This document shows, piece by piece, positions 1 to 12,274 of a stretch of DNA of 64,000 bases. This DNA is from Narcine bancroftii (taxonomy: Eukaryota). Where the stretch lies: positions 196,292,001 through 196,356,000 of the forward strand of contig NC_091470.1 of NCBI RefSeq assembly GCF_036971445.1, written 5' to 3'. A model generated the notes under the pieces. It was given only the letters and a program-made list of their open reading frames with translations, had not been told where the DNA came from and ran no database searches. Position 1 is the first letter of the stretch. Each line of letters begins with the position of its first letter. A program made the translations under genes and the position numbers.

Positions 1-1005
1 TTTACACGCCCAAGACCCCATCACCTTTTACATTCCCGGGACTCTATCTCTCTTTACACTCACTCCCCGGACCCCATCTCCCTTTACACTCCCGGGATCC
101 TGTCTCTCGTTACACACCCCCCGAGAACTCGTCTCCCTTTACACCACCCGGAGCCCGTTTCCCTTTACACTGCCGGAACCCCATCTCCCTTTACAATCCC
201 GCGACCCCATCTCCCTTTATCCTCCCCAGGACCTGGTCTCCCTTTACACGCCCAAGACCCCATCACCTTTTACATTCCCGGGACTCTATCTCTCTTTACA
301 CTCACTCCCCGGACCCCATCTCCCTTTACACTCCCGGGATCCTGTCTCTCGTTACACTCCCCCCGAGAACTCGTCTCCCTTTACACCACCCGGAGCCCGT
401 TTCCCTTTACACTGCCGGAACCCCATCTCCCTTTACACTCCTGGGAGCCCGATACACTTTACTTTACGGAACCCGTCTCCCTTTACACTCCCCGGGACCC
501 CATCTAACTTTACACTCCCGGAACGCCATCTGCCTTTTCACCGCCTGGGACCCCCGCCTCACCTTACACTCCCACGTTCCCCTCTCCCTTTACTCTCCAA
601 TGGACCCCGTCTCCCTTTAGACTCCCGATACTCTGTCACCTTTTACAATCCCGGGACCCCACCTCCCTTTACATCCCTGAGACCCCATCTCCCTTTACAC
701 ACCTCAGGACCCTGTCTCCCTTTACACTCCCGGGACCCCATCTCCCTTTGTACTCCCCAGGATCTTGTCTCCCTTTACACTCCCGAGACTCCGTCACCCT
801 GTACACTCCTGGGTCCCCATCTCCTTTTACACTCCCAAGACTACTCTCCCTTTTCAACACCCTGGACATCGTTTCCCTTTACACTCCCGGGACCCCGTCT
901 TCCTTGACACTCCCAGGACCCCGTCTCCCTTTACAATCGCGGGACCCCGTCTCCCTTTAACACTCCCCGGGATCCCTTCTCCCTTTACACTCCCCAGGAC
1001 TTCAA
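1..1005. repeat. Minisatellite, ~28-30 bp unit (CCCCATCTCCCTTTACACTCCCGGGAC-like), with a ~242-bp higher-order duplication
   Basis: CCTTTACACTCC recurs throughout; TTTACACGCCCAAGACCCC occurs at both 1 and 243 with near-identical following sequence. Confidence 0.95.
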
Positions 1006-2629
1006 TCTTGTCTCTGAACTGGGAAACATGATCAGAGCATCTGATTGCAAAATATAAACAATAATTAAAGGCTCATGGTGTATGATTCAATAGGGACCAT
1101 TAAATCTGTGAGACCAACACTTCTGTCCATATTGGGGTCACAGTTTCATCCACCCTCTGTCGTTTACTCCTATTTGTGTCAACAGAGATAGACAACTCCA
1201 AAACCTTTCCGTTAGCAACATCAAAACCAAGAATATATTGAATGTTCAATGTGAGTTTATTGTGATATATGTAAGTACAACGTACAGGTGCACTGGAATT
1301 CCGATGTGCTGCGGCCACGGGTACATAGGATACAGTCAAAGTTTAAATTACCACACGATGCAAGACAGAACAAAGGAGATTCAAATGTTCGGCGAGAGGT
1401 ATATTCTGCAGGTGGACAGCAGGACACGGGGAAATGGGAACATGTCGATAAAGGCCTTTTTCTCAAATTACGTGCACGTTCAGTCTGGGACCAAGGATCA
1501 CGGATGGATGGGTGAAAAGGGTCAAGGAGGGACGCACACAGTGGACCCACGGAGTCCCTCCACTCTCCCATTGTAAACTCCGGACCATGCATCCCGTGGG
1601 CTCATCTCTCCCTTCCCCTCTCTCTCTTACCATCTACTCTCGCGCTCTCTCTCTCTCATCCCCTCTCCCCATCTTGCTTTCTAACTATTTATTCTCTCCC
1701 CTCCCTCTCTGTCCCCTGACTCTCTCACTGTCCCCTCTCCCCCGTTCTGTCACCCTCTCACCATTTACCCTCTCGTCTCCTCTCTCCCTGCTCTCTCTCT
1801 GTCCCCTCTCCCCCATTCTGTCACCCTTCTCCCCACTCTCCCCTCCTCGCTCTCTCACCTCTCACCTACTCTCTCCATCTCTTTCTTTCCCTCTGTCTCC
1901 TCTCCCCTTTCTCTCCCTCTTCCTTCTCTTTCCCTCCCGCTACTGGTTTACTTCCAACAACACTGTCGAAGGCCCTTCCAGCCGGTAAAACCTGCCCTGC
2001 CCAATTTACGGCCAAATTAACCCTAACCACCGTACATTTTTGAAAGGTGGGAGGAAACTGGAGCCCCCGGAGGAAACCCACGCAGACACGGGCTGACAGA
2101 CAGTGGCCGGATTCGAACCCCCGCTGCTGTCTCGGTAGTTGCGCCGCTCACCGTGCCAATCTTTGAAACTCGCGATTGAAGAGCTCGCTGCGCGCAGGGG
2201 CTGAGATCACTTGACGGCGAGTGGGTTCCCGGACGAAGAGGGCCAGGGGGCACTGCTGACCTCCGCGCCAAGGGAGAGGGGGAACACGTGGACATCAACG
2301 CCTAGGTCTGAACGAAAGAGTGAGCAGAGGGGCTAACGCAAGGCAGGGATATCAGTTGGAATTAGCCCAAGGGAAAGGGTTTCGGAGGCGCCAAACCCTG
2401 TGGTTCAAGAAAGAATGTCTCTTGTTGTCCAACAGGAGCAGGCTGACCTCTGTTGCAGTCCGAATACACCATGGGATTTATAAAAAATTGGGGGCAAAGC
2501 CAAGAATGTTTGGGAAAGGGCTGTTGTATTCTCGGCTAGTCTAGGTCATTGTTCCCAGAGCTCCAAAGTTTTGCTTGGACAGCATCCTGCATGGGAACAG
2601 GCCCTTCAGCCCGCCATGCCCACGTCGAC

Positions 2630-2965
2630 CAAAACGTCCCACCCATACTGGTCCCACCTGCTTGCATTTGGCCCTGCATCCTTCTAAACCTGTCCTGTCC
2701 ATGGATCCATCCAAATGACCTCCCACACTGGTCCCACCTGCCTGCATTTGGCCCTACATCCTTCTAAACCTGTCCTGTCCATGGATCCATCCAAACGACC
2801 CACCCACACTGGTCCCACCTGCTTGCATTTGGCTTCTAAACCTGTCCTGTCCATGGATCCATCCAAATGACCCTCCCACACTGGTCCCACCTGCCTGCAT
2901 TTGGCCCCACATCCTTCTAAACATGTCCTGTCCATGGATCCATCCAAACGACCCACCCACACTGC
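2630..2965. repeat. Tandem array (~4.5 copies of ~70-80 bp) derived from a CR1-like 3' UTR
   Basis: GGTCCCACCTGC..CATTTGG..CTTCTAAACCTGTCCTGTCCATGGATCCATCCAAA is repeated; its reverse complement resembles the CR1 tail-type sequence at 43740-43810. Confidence 0.8.
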
Positions 2966-2990
2966 CTGCGTTTGTCCCCCACTTCCCTCC

Positions 2991-3121
2991 CAGTAGTTCT
3001 CAACCTTTTTCTTTCCACTCATGTCCCACTTTAAGTAATCCCTAGGCCACTGGTGCTCTGTGATTAGTAAGGGGTTGCTCAAGGTGGGATGTGCGTGGGA
3101 AGGGAAGATTGAGAACCACTG
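2991..3121. mobile_element. hAT/Charlie-like MITE
   Basis: Terminal inverted repeats CAGTAGTTCTCAACCTT ... AAGATTGAGAACCACTG. Confidence 0.7.
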
Positions 3122-5515
3122 CACTAGACCCAATTATTACTGAAATATTTTGCTTGAGAAAAATTGTACATGGTTGGGACGGGTGTGGAGAGATACGGTC
3201 TGGGTGCAGGTGAGCAGAACTAGGCAGAGTAATAGCTTGGCATAGGCCAATGGGTGTTGGGGTTCTAAGGCAAGAGAGAAGGACTACAACTCCATGTGAC
3301 TGAGCCACTTGAGTTCTTGACTGGCTGCTTTTGGGCCAGGAAATGTGCAAATAGCTTTTGATTCACGTTATGACCCTCCAATGAAACCAAGCCATAGGAT
3401 AGAGGATCAGGGGTAGGCCATTCAGCCCATCCATTCCATCATGAGCTGATTCATTCTCCCACTCACCCCCGCCCCATAAACCATCAGTACCCTGACTATT
3501 CAGATACCCGTCAATCTCTGTCTTAAATCCACCCAACAATCTGGCCTCAGCAGCACAATCCAGAGGCTCACCACTATCTGGCAGAAGTTCCTCCACCTTT
3601 GGCACCATGCCTTTTCAGTGCCAGATGTCCAGCCGCTATCTGTAAGGGGTTTGCACGTTCTCCCCGTGTCTGTGTGTGTTTTCAGCCGGCTGGGGCTCCA
3701 GTTTCCTCCCACCGTTCAAAGAGTGCCGGGTGGGGAGGGGGAGAAGGTCAATGGGGTGTAAATTGGGCAGTGAGGACTCGAAGGCCAGAAGGGTCTAAAC
3801 CTAAATCTAAAAAAAATCTGTTTGAAATGGGCGCCCTTCAACCCTGAAGTTGCTCCTTCTCGTCCAGACACCAGGATAGACAGAGATTCACCCAGGATCG
3901 GATACTCAGTGTCCTTAACACAGAACTGAAATTAATGGATCCAATTTAGGGATCAGGAGTTTGGAATAAAGACTCAGTAGTATCTGTAGGATTAATTGAA
4001 ATTGAAGTTGTGGATGTGAACACTTCCCCTTGGTGGGCAAATCCAGGACAAGGGGGCACAGTCTTCGAATGAGATGGGGCCCATTCAAATCAGGGATGAA
4101 GAGAAATTTCTGTAGCCGGGGGTCACGGATTTATGGAATACGTTGCCACGTACAGCTGCGGAGGCCCGATCATTGGGGAGGAGCTTAAGGGGGAGATTGA
4201 TAGGTACCTAATGAGTCAGAATACCGAGGGATATGGGGGAATTTGGAACTAGGTGTGAGAATGGTTTAGCTCCGGGTGGATTTGAGGAGCATGCTCGATG
4301 GGCCTTGGTGATCTTGTGAAGTTATGAGTGGAGGTTAATGTTTAAGAGGTAGTAGATAAATGAACGAATATTGGCCTGGTTTAGGACAGTGTTTGATCAA
4401 ACCACGTTCCAACCTTTCATTTTTCCCGAGCCAAAGCTCCAGAACGCTGGAGGAATACGGTCGGTCTCGCAGCATCCGCAGAAAGTCAAGATATTTCACC
4501 CAGGCTTTGGGGCCTGAGGCCCTCCTCGAGGTACGGGTGAAAAAAAGCAGGTGGGCGGGGGGGGGTGGGCCTTGAATTAAATGAAAGGGCAGGGGAGAAC
4601 AGACCCACGGTCAAAATGGGTTAATTGGCAGGAGAGTGAGAATTGGTGGGGGGGGGAAGCGGGGACGTGGAGCTTACAGGGGTGGGTGGAGGAAGAGACC
4701 AAGGGGAAAAAGGGAAGAGAGAGAGAGAGACAAGATCTCAGGGGCTGTGATTGCAGCAAGAGCACAGGAACGCTGGAGGAATTCAGCTGGTGTTGCAGCG
4801 CCCGTAAAGATATTTTACCAGCGTTTTAGGCCTGAGCCCCTTGTCAAGGTATTGAGTGAAAAGCAGGCAGGCATCTCAATGAAAAGACTGGGGAGGGAAG
4901 AAAGAGAGGGCGCGGGGGGGTGGGGGTTAGTCCCTTCGTTCCCTGTTGCATTAGTGGCTTGGAATTAGTGATTAAAAGTTGGTGGGGTGGGGGGGTGGGA
5001 TTTCTTTTTTTGTGAGGTGTGATGGCGATTAGGCTAGTGGCGATATTTAAGGGGTTTCGTGATTTAATGCAGCCACTCGCAAACGCTCCACCCCGTTACA
5101 TTTAAGTAAAATATATTTTTAAATGATCTTCTTCCACCCCCCCCCCACCCCCCCCCGGTCGCTAGAAGCACAGATGGAACCAAGCCTTGGCTACTTCGCA
5201 GAGAAGGAGGGCCGTAAAACTTTGAGTGGCAGGCCACAGCCAACATTTTTTTAAGAATAGTGTCGAGGAAACTGACATCTGGCGGCTATCACTGAAGTTC
5301 CATGGTTAACGGCTGGGAGTTGGTGGTTAGTGTTATCCATTAGTGGTGAGGTCTTGGGGGCCAGTGATATTGTTTAGTGTGGGTTAGGGTGGGTGGTCTT
5401 AGCCTGGGAATAGTGCCAGGGATGGGTTTAGGGATTTTAGTTATGGTTAGGGGGTCATTGCCAATTGGTGCTTGTAGTTTCTTTGAAATGGGAAGACAAG
5501 AGCCAAAGATTTGTA

Positions 5516-6480
5516 CAGGTCGAGTACCCTTTATCTGAAAATCCAAAGCCTTTTGAGCACCGGTGTGAAAATTCCACCCCTGACGTCATTTGGCCCCAAT
5601 TTGCGACCGACCGCCATCACCACCACATGGAGACCTACATGCGCAACTCAAGTGTGATGACTCGGAAGCAAATACCTGAAAAGTCCGCCCAGCAGAATTT
5701 CTAGTATTTGGGGCCGGTCCGAGATTCTGCCTCCATCGCAAAGGTGGCCCGCCAGCGGCTGTACTTGGCAAGGTACCTGGGGAGGTTTGGGTTGTCACCA
5801 AAGACTCTCAGAAACTCCAACGGGTGGGCCGTGGGGGACCATTCTGGCTGGTTGCATCACTGCCTGGCATGGAGCCCCAGAGGGTGGTTAACTCGGCCTG
5901 GGCATCACGGGCACTGGACTCTACCCCGTCAAGGACATCGAAACAAGGCGGTGTCTTAAAAAATCTGCCTCTATCCTCAAAACCCCCCTCACCCCACACT
6001 CAGGCCGCGCCCTCTCCACTCTGCTATCATTGGGGAAAAGGTCTAGGAGCCTGAACACAAGCACAAGGATGGTTTCTTCCCCTCCGCCACCAGATTCTTG
6101 AATAATCAATGAACCACAGACGTGGCCTGACTTTTCGTGCACGATTATTTTTACAGTAATGTTGCAAGATGGTTATAATATGAATGTTTGTCCTGTGACA
6201 CTGCCACAAAACCCCAAATTTTGTGACTTGTTCATGACAATAAATTCTGATTCTGCAGAAATCAAGATTTTTTTTGGTAAGTACATGTGAAATCTGAAAT
6301 TCATCTCTGCCTAAAATGCCGTGTACTATAATCTTTCACTCAAAAGACACCTTTGTAGGTGGAGACTTGTGCTGTTGTTTAACAGGTATTCTGTCGATTT
6401 TACCGTGTTCCTTAGTTACCATTAACAAAATCTGAAACACTCCCAGTCCCCTGCATTTCAGATAAGGAGTACTTGACCTG
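5516..6480. mobile_element. Tigger/pogo-like non-autonomous DNA transposon containing a nested Rex/Babar-type LINE 3' fragment (~5705-6255)
   Basis: TA|CAGGTCGAGTACCCTTTATCTGAAA ... TTTCAGATAAGGAGTACTTGACCTG inverted ends; the internal piece encodes KVARQRLY and ends in AATAAATTCTGATTCTG. Confidence 0.7.
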
Positions 6481-9400
6481 CAGTCTTAACGATACAGCAC
6501 GGAAACAGGCTCTTCCGGCCCCCGATTACATCCGATTAACTTACAGACCCCGTTCATTTTTGGAGGGTGGGATGAGACCAGAGCCGCCGGGGGGGACCCA
6601 TGCAGACATGGGAAGAACGCACAAACTCTTGCAGACAGCATGGGATTCGAACCCCGGGTCACCGGCACAGGAATGGTGTTGTGCTGACCTGTCAAGCTTC
6701 TTGCAGGGATTCAGTCTTGAGGTATGCAGTTCGGGCCAAGAGATTAGGGGATAAGACTGAGGTTAATACATTAGAGATTGGTGGTTTGATTAGGGGTTAG
6801 TGGTCAGGGTGCTTGACATCCCTTCCATGGTTAAACAAGGACAAGGCCAATCTCTTGACTTGCCCTCAGCAAGGGGAATCTCCTCAGCTCCCTTTACCCA
6901 GAGAAGGGACATGCCTGGTGGGGAGTCAACTTTCATCTCCTTGCTGTGAGAAGCTCCTCTCCCCGTCAGTCTGGCAACCACCCCCCTGAGCCCTGATTCT
7001 CAACAAACCCGAGGGACCATGGATAATGAGCTGCTGTTCTTACACCTCTGTCTCCCCCTTTCACTCTCCTCTTTCTCCATCTCCTTTCTCTCTATCATCC
7101 TCCCTCCCTGTCTGTCCCTCACTTTCTCTCTCCCCTCACTCTTCTTTCTATCACCCTCCCTGTCTGTCCCTCTCTCTAACCCTCCCTCTTTCTTTGTCTC
7201 TCTCTCTCCCTCCCCTCTATCTCTCCTCTCTTTCTATCCCTTTCTCCTCTCCCCCCTCTCTTGTTCTCTGTCTCCCTCCCCTCTCCCTCTTTCTCTAATC
7301 TCTCTCCCCTTACTCTCTCTCCCATTCACTTTCCCTTCTTCCTTCTCTCTCTCTCCGTCTGGTTTATCTGTCTGTCACTCCCTCTTCTTTGTCTCTCTCT
7401 CTGCACGTCTCCATGTCGACCTGTCTCCCTTCTCTCTTCTATCTGGGTTTCTGCCTGAAGATCGGTCTCCATCCCTCTCTTTGCCCTCCCCCCCCCCCCC
7501 CCCCACTCTCTCTCTCTCTGTCTGTCGGTCTCTCGCCTACCCTCAATTCCCCGTCAGGGAACCCCGGATCAAGACGACAAAAACAAACAGCTTCATGATG
7601 AAAAAAGTCCAAGCAGCAAAAAGGGGGAGATTAAATGAGGTCACGGTTGGGGAACACAGAGGTGCGGGAAAATTCACATGCAAAGATTCACTTTAACTAG
7701 AGTTGGGGAGTTCCCAGCATCAGTTCCTAAACGAACAGGCACACAACATCTCGTCTTTTGAAGTTGCTTGCTTCAGGTTATATGTACAAGACCTGCAAAC
7801 AGAGAGAGAGAGAGAGAGAATCATAACCCATTCACCTGCGTTGGAGAACACGGTCTCCACAGACCTGGGGAGAGCAGGGAGTAGTGACACAGCACTGCCC
7901 CACAGGGTCCTAAGATGGAGGTATTTGATGGCAGTGGGAAAACTGCTGGGCAGGATGGAGATGACAGCGGAGTGAGAGTGAACGCGGGAATAGAGAGGAG
8001 GGAGGGGTTCAGAAGGGTGGGGAGATTGATAGAGTTCGTTTTCCCTATCCACCCCGCCTAAGAAGGAGAAGACCCACGGGACGGTGGTGGCGGCGGCGGG
8101 CCAGCGAGGGGATCTAAAGTAGAGGTAGACGCAGGCGGCGGGGCTGCTGGCCACCGCGCTTGAGGGAGTCGCGCCGGGTTGCAGACTGCTGGAGACTGGC
8201 TGAAGGGGGGGGGGGGGGGGGGGCAGGTGTCGGAACCGGGGTGCTGACCCCGCTGGAAGTGCGGGTCCAGAGCTCAGGTGATGTCTCTGGAGGTGCGGGT
8301 GGGTGGGTGGGGCGGGGGGACCTCTCTTTTGCTTCTCTGTCTCTGACTGCAAGAAGGCACGTCAGGGCAATTCCTGCCGACGGCGAATCTGTCTGCCTTA
8401 CGGCCAACGGAGACAAATTCCGTGTAATATTACATGACAATAAATGGAATCTTGACCTGCTCTCCGCGTTGTCAGCGGGATGCAGGCGATTGGGTTGTGG
8501 ATGCAGGGAAGGGAGCGCGACCAGGCCATTCGTCCCACTGTGCATATACTGCCCTCTGCAGTAGATCGGTTGCTTTCCCTGTCCAGGGAGCTTCTGAAGT
8601 CTCTTGGAGTTCTCTGCCTCCAGCACCTGCTCAATCCGTGCCAACCCTGAATCCAACCGGCTGGTGGCGGAGGGGGGGGGGGGGGGGGGTGGGGGTGGCG
8701 GGTGTGGAATCGGATCCTCCCGGATATCTTCACCATGGTGTTCCATTCGCCTCTTTGGAGGGGGGGGGGGGGGAGGTTTGCGGGAATCAGAGCCAAGCCT
8801 CTGCAGTCCTGCGGAACAGCCTGGCGAGTCTCCTCTGCACACTTTCCATTGCCGACAAATCCTTCCTACCGGAACAGCGTGCGGTGCTCTCGGAGGGAAT
8901 TCAGCAAAGGAATTTCTTCAGCCAGAGGGTGGTGGAATTTGTTGCCACAGGCGGTTATGGAGACCAGGTCATTGGGGGTGTTTAAGGCAGAGGTTCTTAA
9001 TTAGTCAGGGCATGAAAGGTTATGGGGCAGTGGGGCTGAGGAATGGATCAGCTCATTGTCAGAGCAGACTTGATGGGCTGAATGGCCTATTTCTACTCCT
9101 ATGTTATATGGGAGGATGTAAGAGGAGTGCATGGGGTGGGGGAGGGAGAGAAAGCAGAGGTTGGGAGGGGAGGCAGAGGGGTAAAGGATGGGGGGAACGA
9201 GGGGGAGGGGACAGGATGGAGATGACAGCCAGAGTGAGAGTGAACGGGGGAATAGAGAGGAGGGAGGGGTTCAGAAGGGTGGGGAAATTGATAAATGGGG
9301 AGGGGGAAGCAAATGGAGGAGGGTATTGTGAGGCAAAGAGGAGGTTGAGGGGTAGTTAGGGGGGAAGAGGGTGGGGAGAGGGATAGAGGGAAAGGATGGA

Positions 9401-10083
9401 GGAGGGACAGAGGTTGAGGTATAGAGTGGAGGGCAGAGGGTATGGAGGGGGGATGGAGGGATGAAGAGGCTGAGAAAGGGTAGGAGGGAGTGGTGGAGGG
9501 AGAGACATTGAGGAATAGGAACCCCTCCATCACCCTTCCCCCTCCCTCCCCTCAACAGCCCTCCCTCCCCTCAACATCCCTCCCCCTCATATCCCCTACC
9601 CAACCCCCACATACTCTTCACCTCCCTTTCCCCCTGCGCCCCATCCCCTTGCCACCTTCCCCTCAATTACCTCTCTCCCTCCGTCCCCCACTCCACCCCC
9701 ACGTACCCTTCCCCTCCTGCATCCACATCCCCCTCCACCTCCTCCCCCTCCGTCTCCCTCTACCCCACCCCTACGTCCCCTCCCACAACCCCATTGCCTC
9801 CCCACCTTCCCCTCCATCACCCCCTCCCCACCCCCACGTACCCTTCCCCACCCCCACGTACCCTTCCCCTCCCTCTTCCCCTCCTGGATCCACATTCCCC
9901 TCCACCTTCTCCTCCCCCTCCGTCTCTCCCTACCCGATCCCCTCTTCACCTCCTCCTCCCCTACTCCTCCCTCACTCCCCCTCCTCCTCCCCTACTCCTC
10001 CCTCTCCTCCTACTGCACCCACACCCTCCTCCACCACCCCTCCCCCCCCCCCATCGACTTTACCTGAGCTGCTCCCAGCCCCA

Positions 10084-10157
10084 TCAGCTGAACACAGGGG
10101 GAAGTGCCAGGCCAATCAGGAGGAGCACGGCGGATCCAATCATGGCTGTGGCGGCGT
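10084..10157 (-). CDS. Hydrophobic exon (D)AATAMIGSAVLLLIGLALPPVFS*, candidate GPI-signal/membrane exon of the B7-like IgV gene
   Basis: Acceptor TTGTTGTGCAG matches the phase-1 V exon; hydrophobic run then TGA; donor CAG|GTAAAG at 10064/10063. An alternative reading as a leader exon is given in findings. Confidence 0.6.
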
Positions 10158-10504
10158 CTGCACAACAAGAGGCAATCCTGTCTGATCTGCCTCATCACCC
10201 CCCCCCTCTGAATCCTCCCCAGCTGCCCGTTACTCTCCATCCTATCAGAGAGTAGCTTGCTCAGCCTCTTCCTCCTATCACCACTTTCCTTCTTGCTTCT
10301 TCTTCTCCACCCCCCACCCCAACCTGAAGCCCCCTCTCATCTCCCTAATTTCCACATGACCCCACATCCTCCCCTCTCTGCCGCTGACTCCCTCCCCACC
10401 GATCGCCCCCTTGACCCCTACCCCCCGTGACCGCAGGAGATGCCCCATGTGCCCGCACCTCCTCCCTCAGCACTGTTCTGGGCCCCTCCCCCACCACACC
10501 CCCC

Positions 10505-10750
10505 CCCAAACAGTCCTTCCAAGCAAAGCCATACTTCCCTTGTGTTTCCCGCGGGAGCCATCTCCTTCTCTTCATCGGGGAGACTGGGCGCAGACTGGGG
10601 AAATCACCTCACTGGGTGCCTTCGCTCCATCCACGGCTAGAAACCGGGACCTCCCAGCAGCTCACCACTTCACTCCCGCCCCCCAGGTTCCACCAAAGAC
10701 CAGCCACAAATCGGAGGAGCAGCTCCTGATTTTTGTTTTCCCCATCCAGC
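10505..10750 (+). mobile_element. Penelope-like element fragment (GIY-YIG region)
   Basis: Degenerate KQSFQ...LLFIGETGRRLG; related pieces near 13870-14500 and 19740-19900. Confidence 0.55.
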
Positions 10751-11154
10751 CTTAATGTCGACATCTCCTGGCCCGCTCCCCATCCTCCCTCCCTTCCCCC
10801 GTCCCTCTGTCTCCTCCAGCCCTCCCCCTCCTCTCCCTGTTTCCTGTTGTACTCCCCCTCCCTTGTCCCCCTGGTCCCCCGTGCCTTCTAAGCTGCGCGT
10901 GCAACACATTTCACACCCAGTGCGCAAAAGGTTAGTAAAACATAGTCATTACTAATTATTCTTATTGAAAATAAACTCTTGGCTAACATGGGTGCAATTG
11001 GGCAGCATGGGCTCTTGGGCCAAAAGCGTCCTGTTATCCTGCTGGACGTCTATATTTTTTCAAAGAGAGGGTTCTGGGGTGTGCGGTAGGGAAGGGTGAG
11101 GTTGTGGAGTCGGTCGGCCCTCTACTGGAATGTTCTATCAATCTGCCACTTCTT

Positions 11155-11695
11155 TCAATAAGATTGAAAGAGTGCAGAGAAGATTTACTAAGATGTGGCC
11201 GGGTCTTCAGGAACTGAGTTACAGGGAAAGGTCAACAGGTTCAGGAATTTATTCCCTAGAGTGTAGAAGAATGTGGGGAGATTTGATAGAGGATGTTGCC
11301 CGGATTTCAGGAACTGAGTTACAGGGAAAGGTTAAAACAAGTTCGGGACTTTATTCCCTGGAGTGTCGAAGAATGAGGGGAAATTTGATCAAGGTTTACA
11401 AGATTACGAGGGTTAAGGACATTTTGGATGCGAATGGGCCTTTTCCACTTAGATTGGGGGAGATAATACTGAGAGGTCAACTTTTAGTCTCTAAGGGGAA
11501 AGGTTTAGGGGGAAGTTCTTCGCTCAGAGAGCAGTGGGAGTGTGCAACGAGCTGATGTGGGGAACACGGTCTTGATCTTGTGTTTTAAGAATTGATACAT
11601 GGATGGGAGAGGTCTGGACGGTAAAGGAGTGGGAGCAGGTCAGTGGTTGGCACAGACTAGAGGGGCCAAATGGCCTGTTCTCGTGCTGTATGGTT
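11155..11695 (+). mobile_element. CR1 LINE 3' fragment
   Basis: KIERVQRRFTKMWPGLQELSYRER...YSLECRRMRG, typical CR1 ORF2 C-terminus. Confidence 0.85.
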
Positions 11696-11866
11696 TTCAG
11701 GGCCCTGAGCTGACAACTCTCAACACCAGGATGTTGCCCAGAGTTGCTGCTCTGATGGTTTCCCGCATTCCCATTCTGAGGGGCCTGGTACTGTACTGAA
11801 CTAGATTCAGCAGGTAATACTTCACCCTGGTCAAGGAGCTGGGGGGCAGTGGGAGAACCAACTGAC

Positions 11867-12229
11867 CTGTGACGGTTAAAGTGATGGAGGCACAGATGTC
11901 AACGGCATGTGGCCGCTGGGTCATCACGTTGCACTGGTACATGCCAGTGTCGTTGAGTGAGACGTTGGTGACGTTCAGGGATGCCTCCCTCCTCTCAAAC
12001 CAGTTGGCCACGATGAAGGTGCGTCCAGCAAACTGGTAGTCCTGGGTTTTCTGAGCCTGCCGGTCGGTTGTGTGAACCACCAGGTTGGCGGTGCCGTCGA
12101 GGACCTTTTGCCAGACAGCATGGCGAACTTCAGGCAGGGCTCCAGTCCAGTTGAATGAACAGGGCATCAGGACCCAGGAGCCAGCCACCACTTCGATGGT
12201 TTCCAGCTGCTTGCTGCACTGTAGGAGGG
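11867..12229 (-). CDS. IgV domain exon of a B7/butyrophilin-family protein
   Basis: 363-bp phase-1/1 exon (acceptor CTCCACCGCAG, donor ACAG|GTCAGT). Motifs: B-strand MPCSF, C-strand VWQK, LVVH, QDYQFAGRTF, ASLNVTNVSLNDTGMYQC, G-strand ITLTV; four N-glycosylation sequons. Confidence 0.9.
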
Positions 12230-12274
12230 CTGCGGTGGAGCACAGGGCTGGGTCAGTGGCGTTCACACTCATTG

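Noticed and set aside
1-1005. CRISPR-like regular repeats
   Set aside because: No unique spacers and a eukaryotic context; a plain minisatellite.
2160-2330. CpG-rich unique stretch, possible terminal exon
   Set aside because: No convincing splice site or recognisable peptide in any frame.
8040-8850. GC-rich ORFs with poly-Pro/Gly
   Set aside because: Resembles an interspersed repeat also seen near 28050-28440 and 41780-42160 (shared CATGACAATAAA-type tail); the ORFs depend on G runs.
7930-9300. ~100-bp direct duplication (7933 and 9213)
   Set aside because: Purine-rich local duplication with no LTR termini or TSD.
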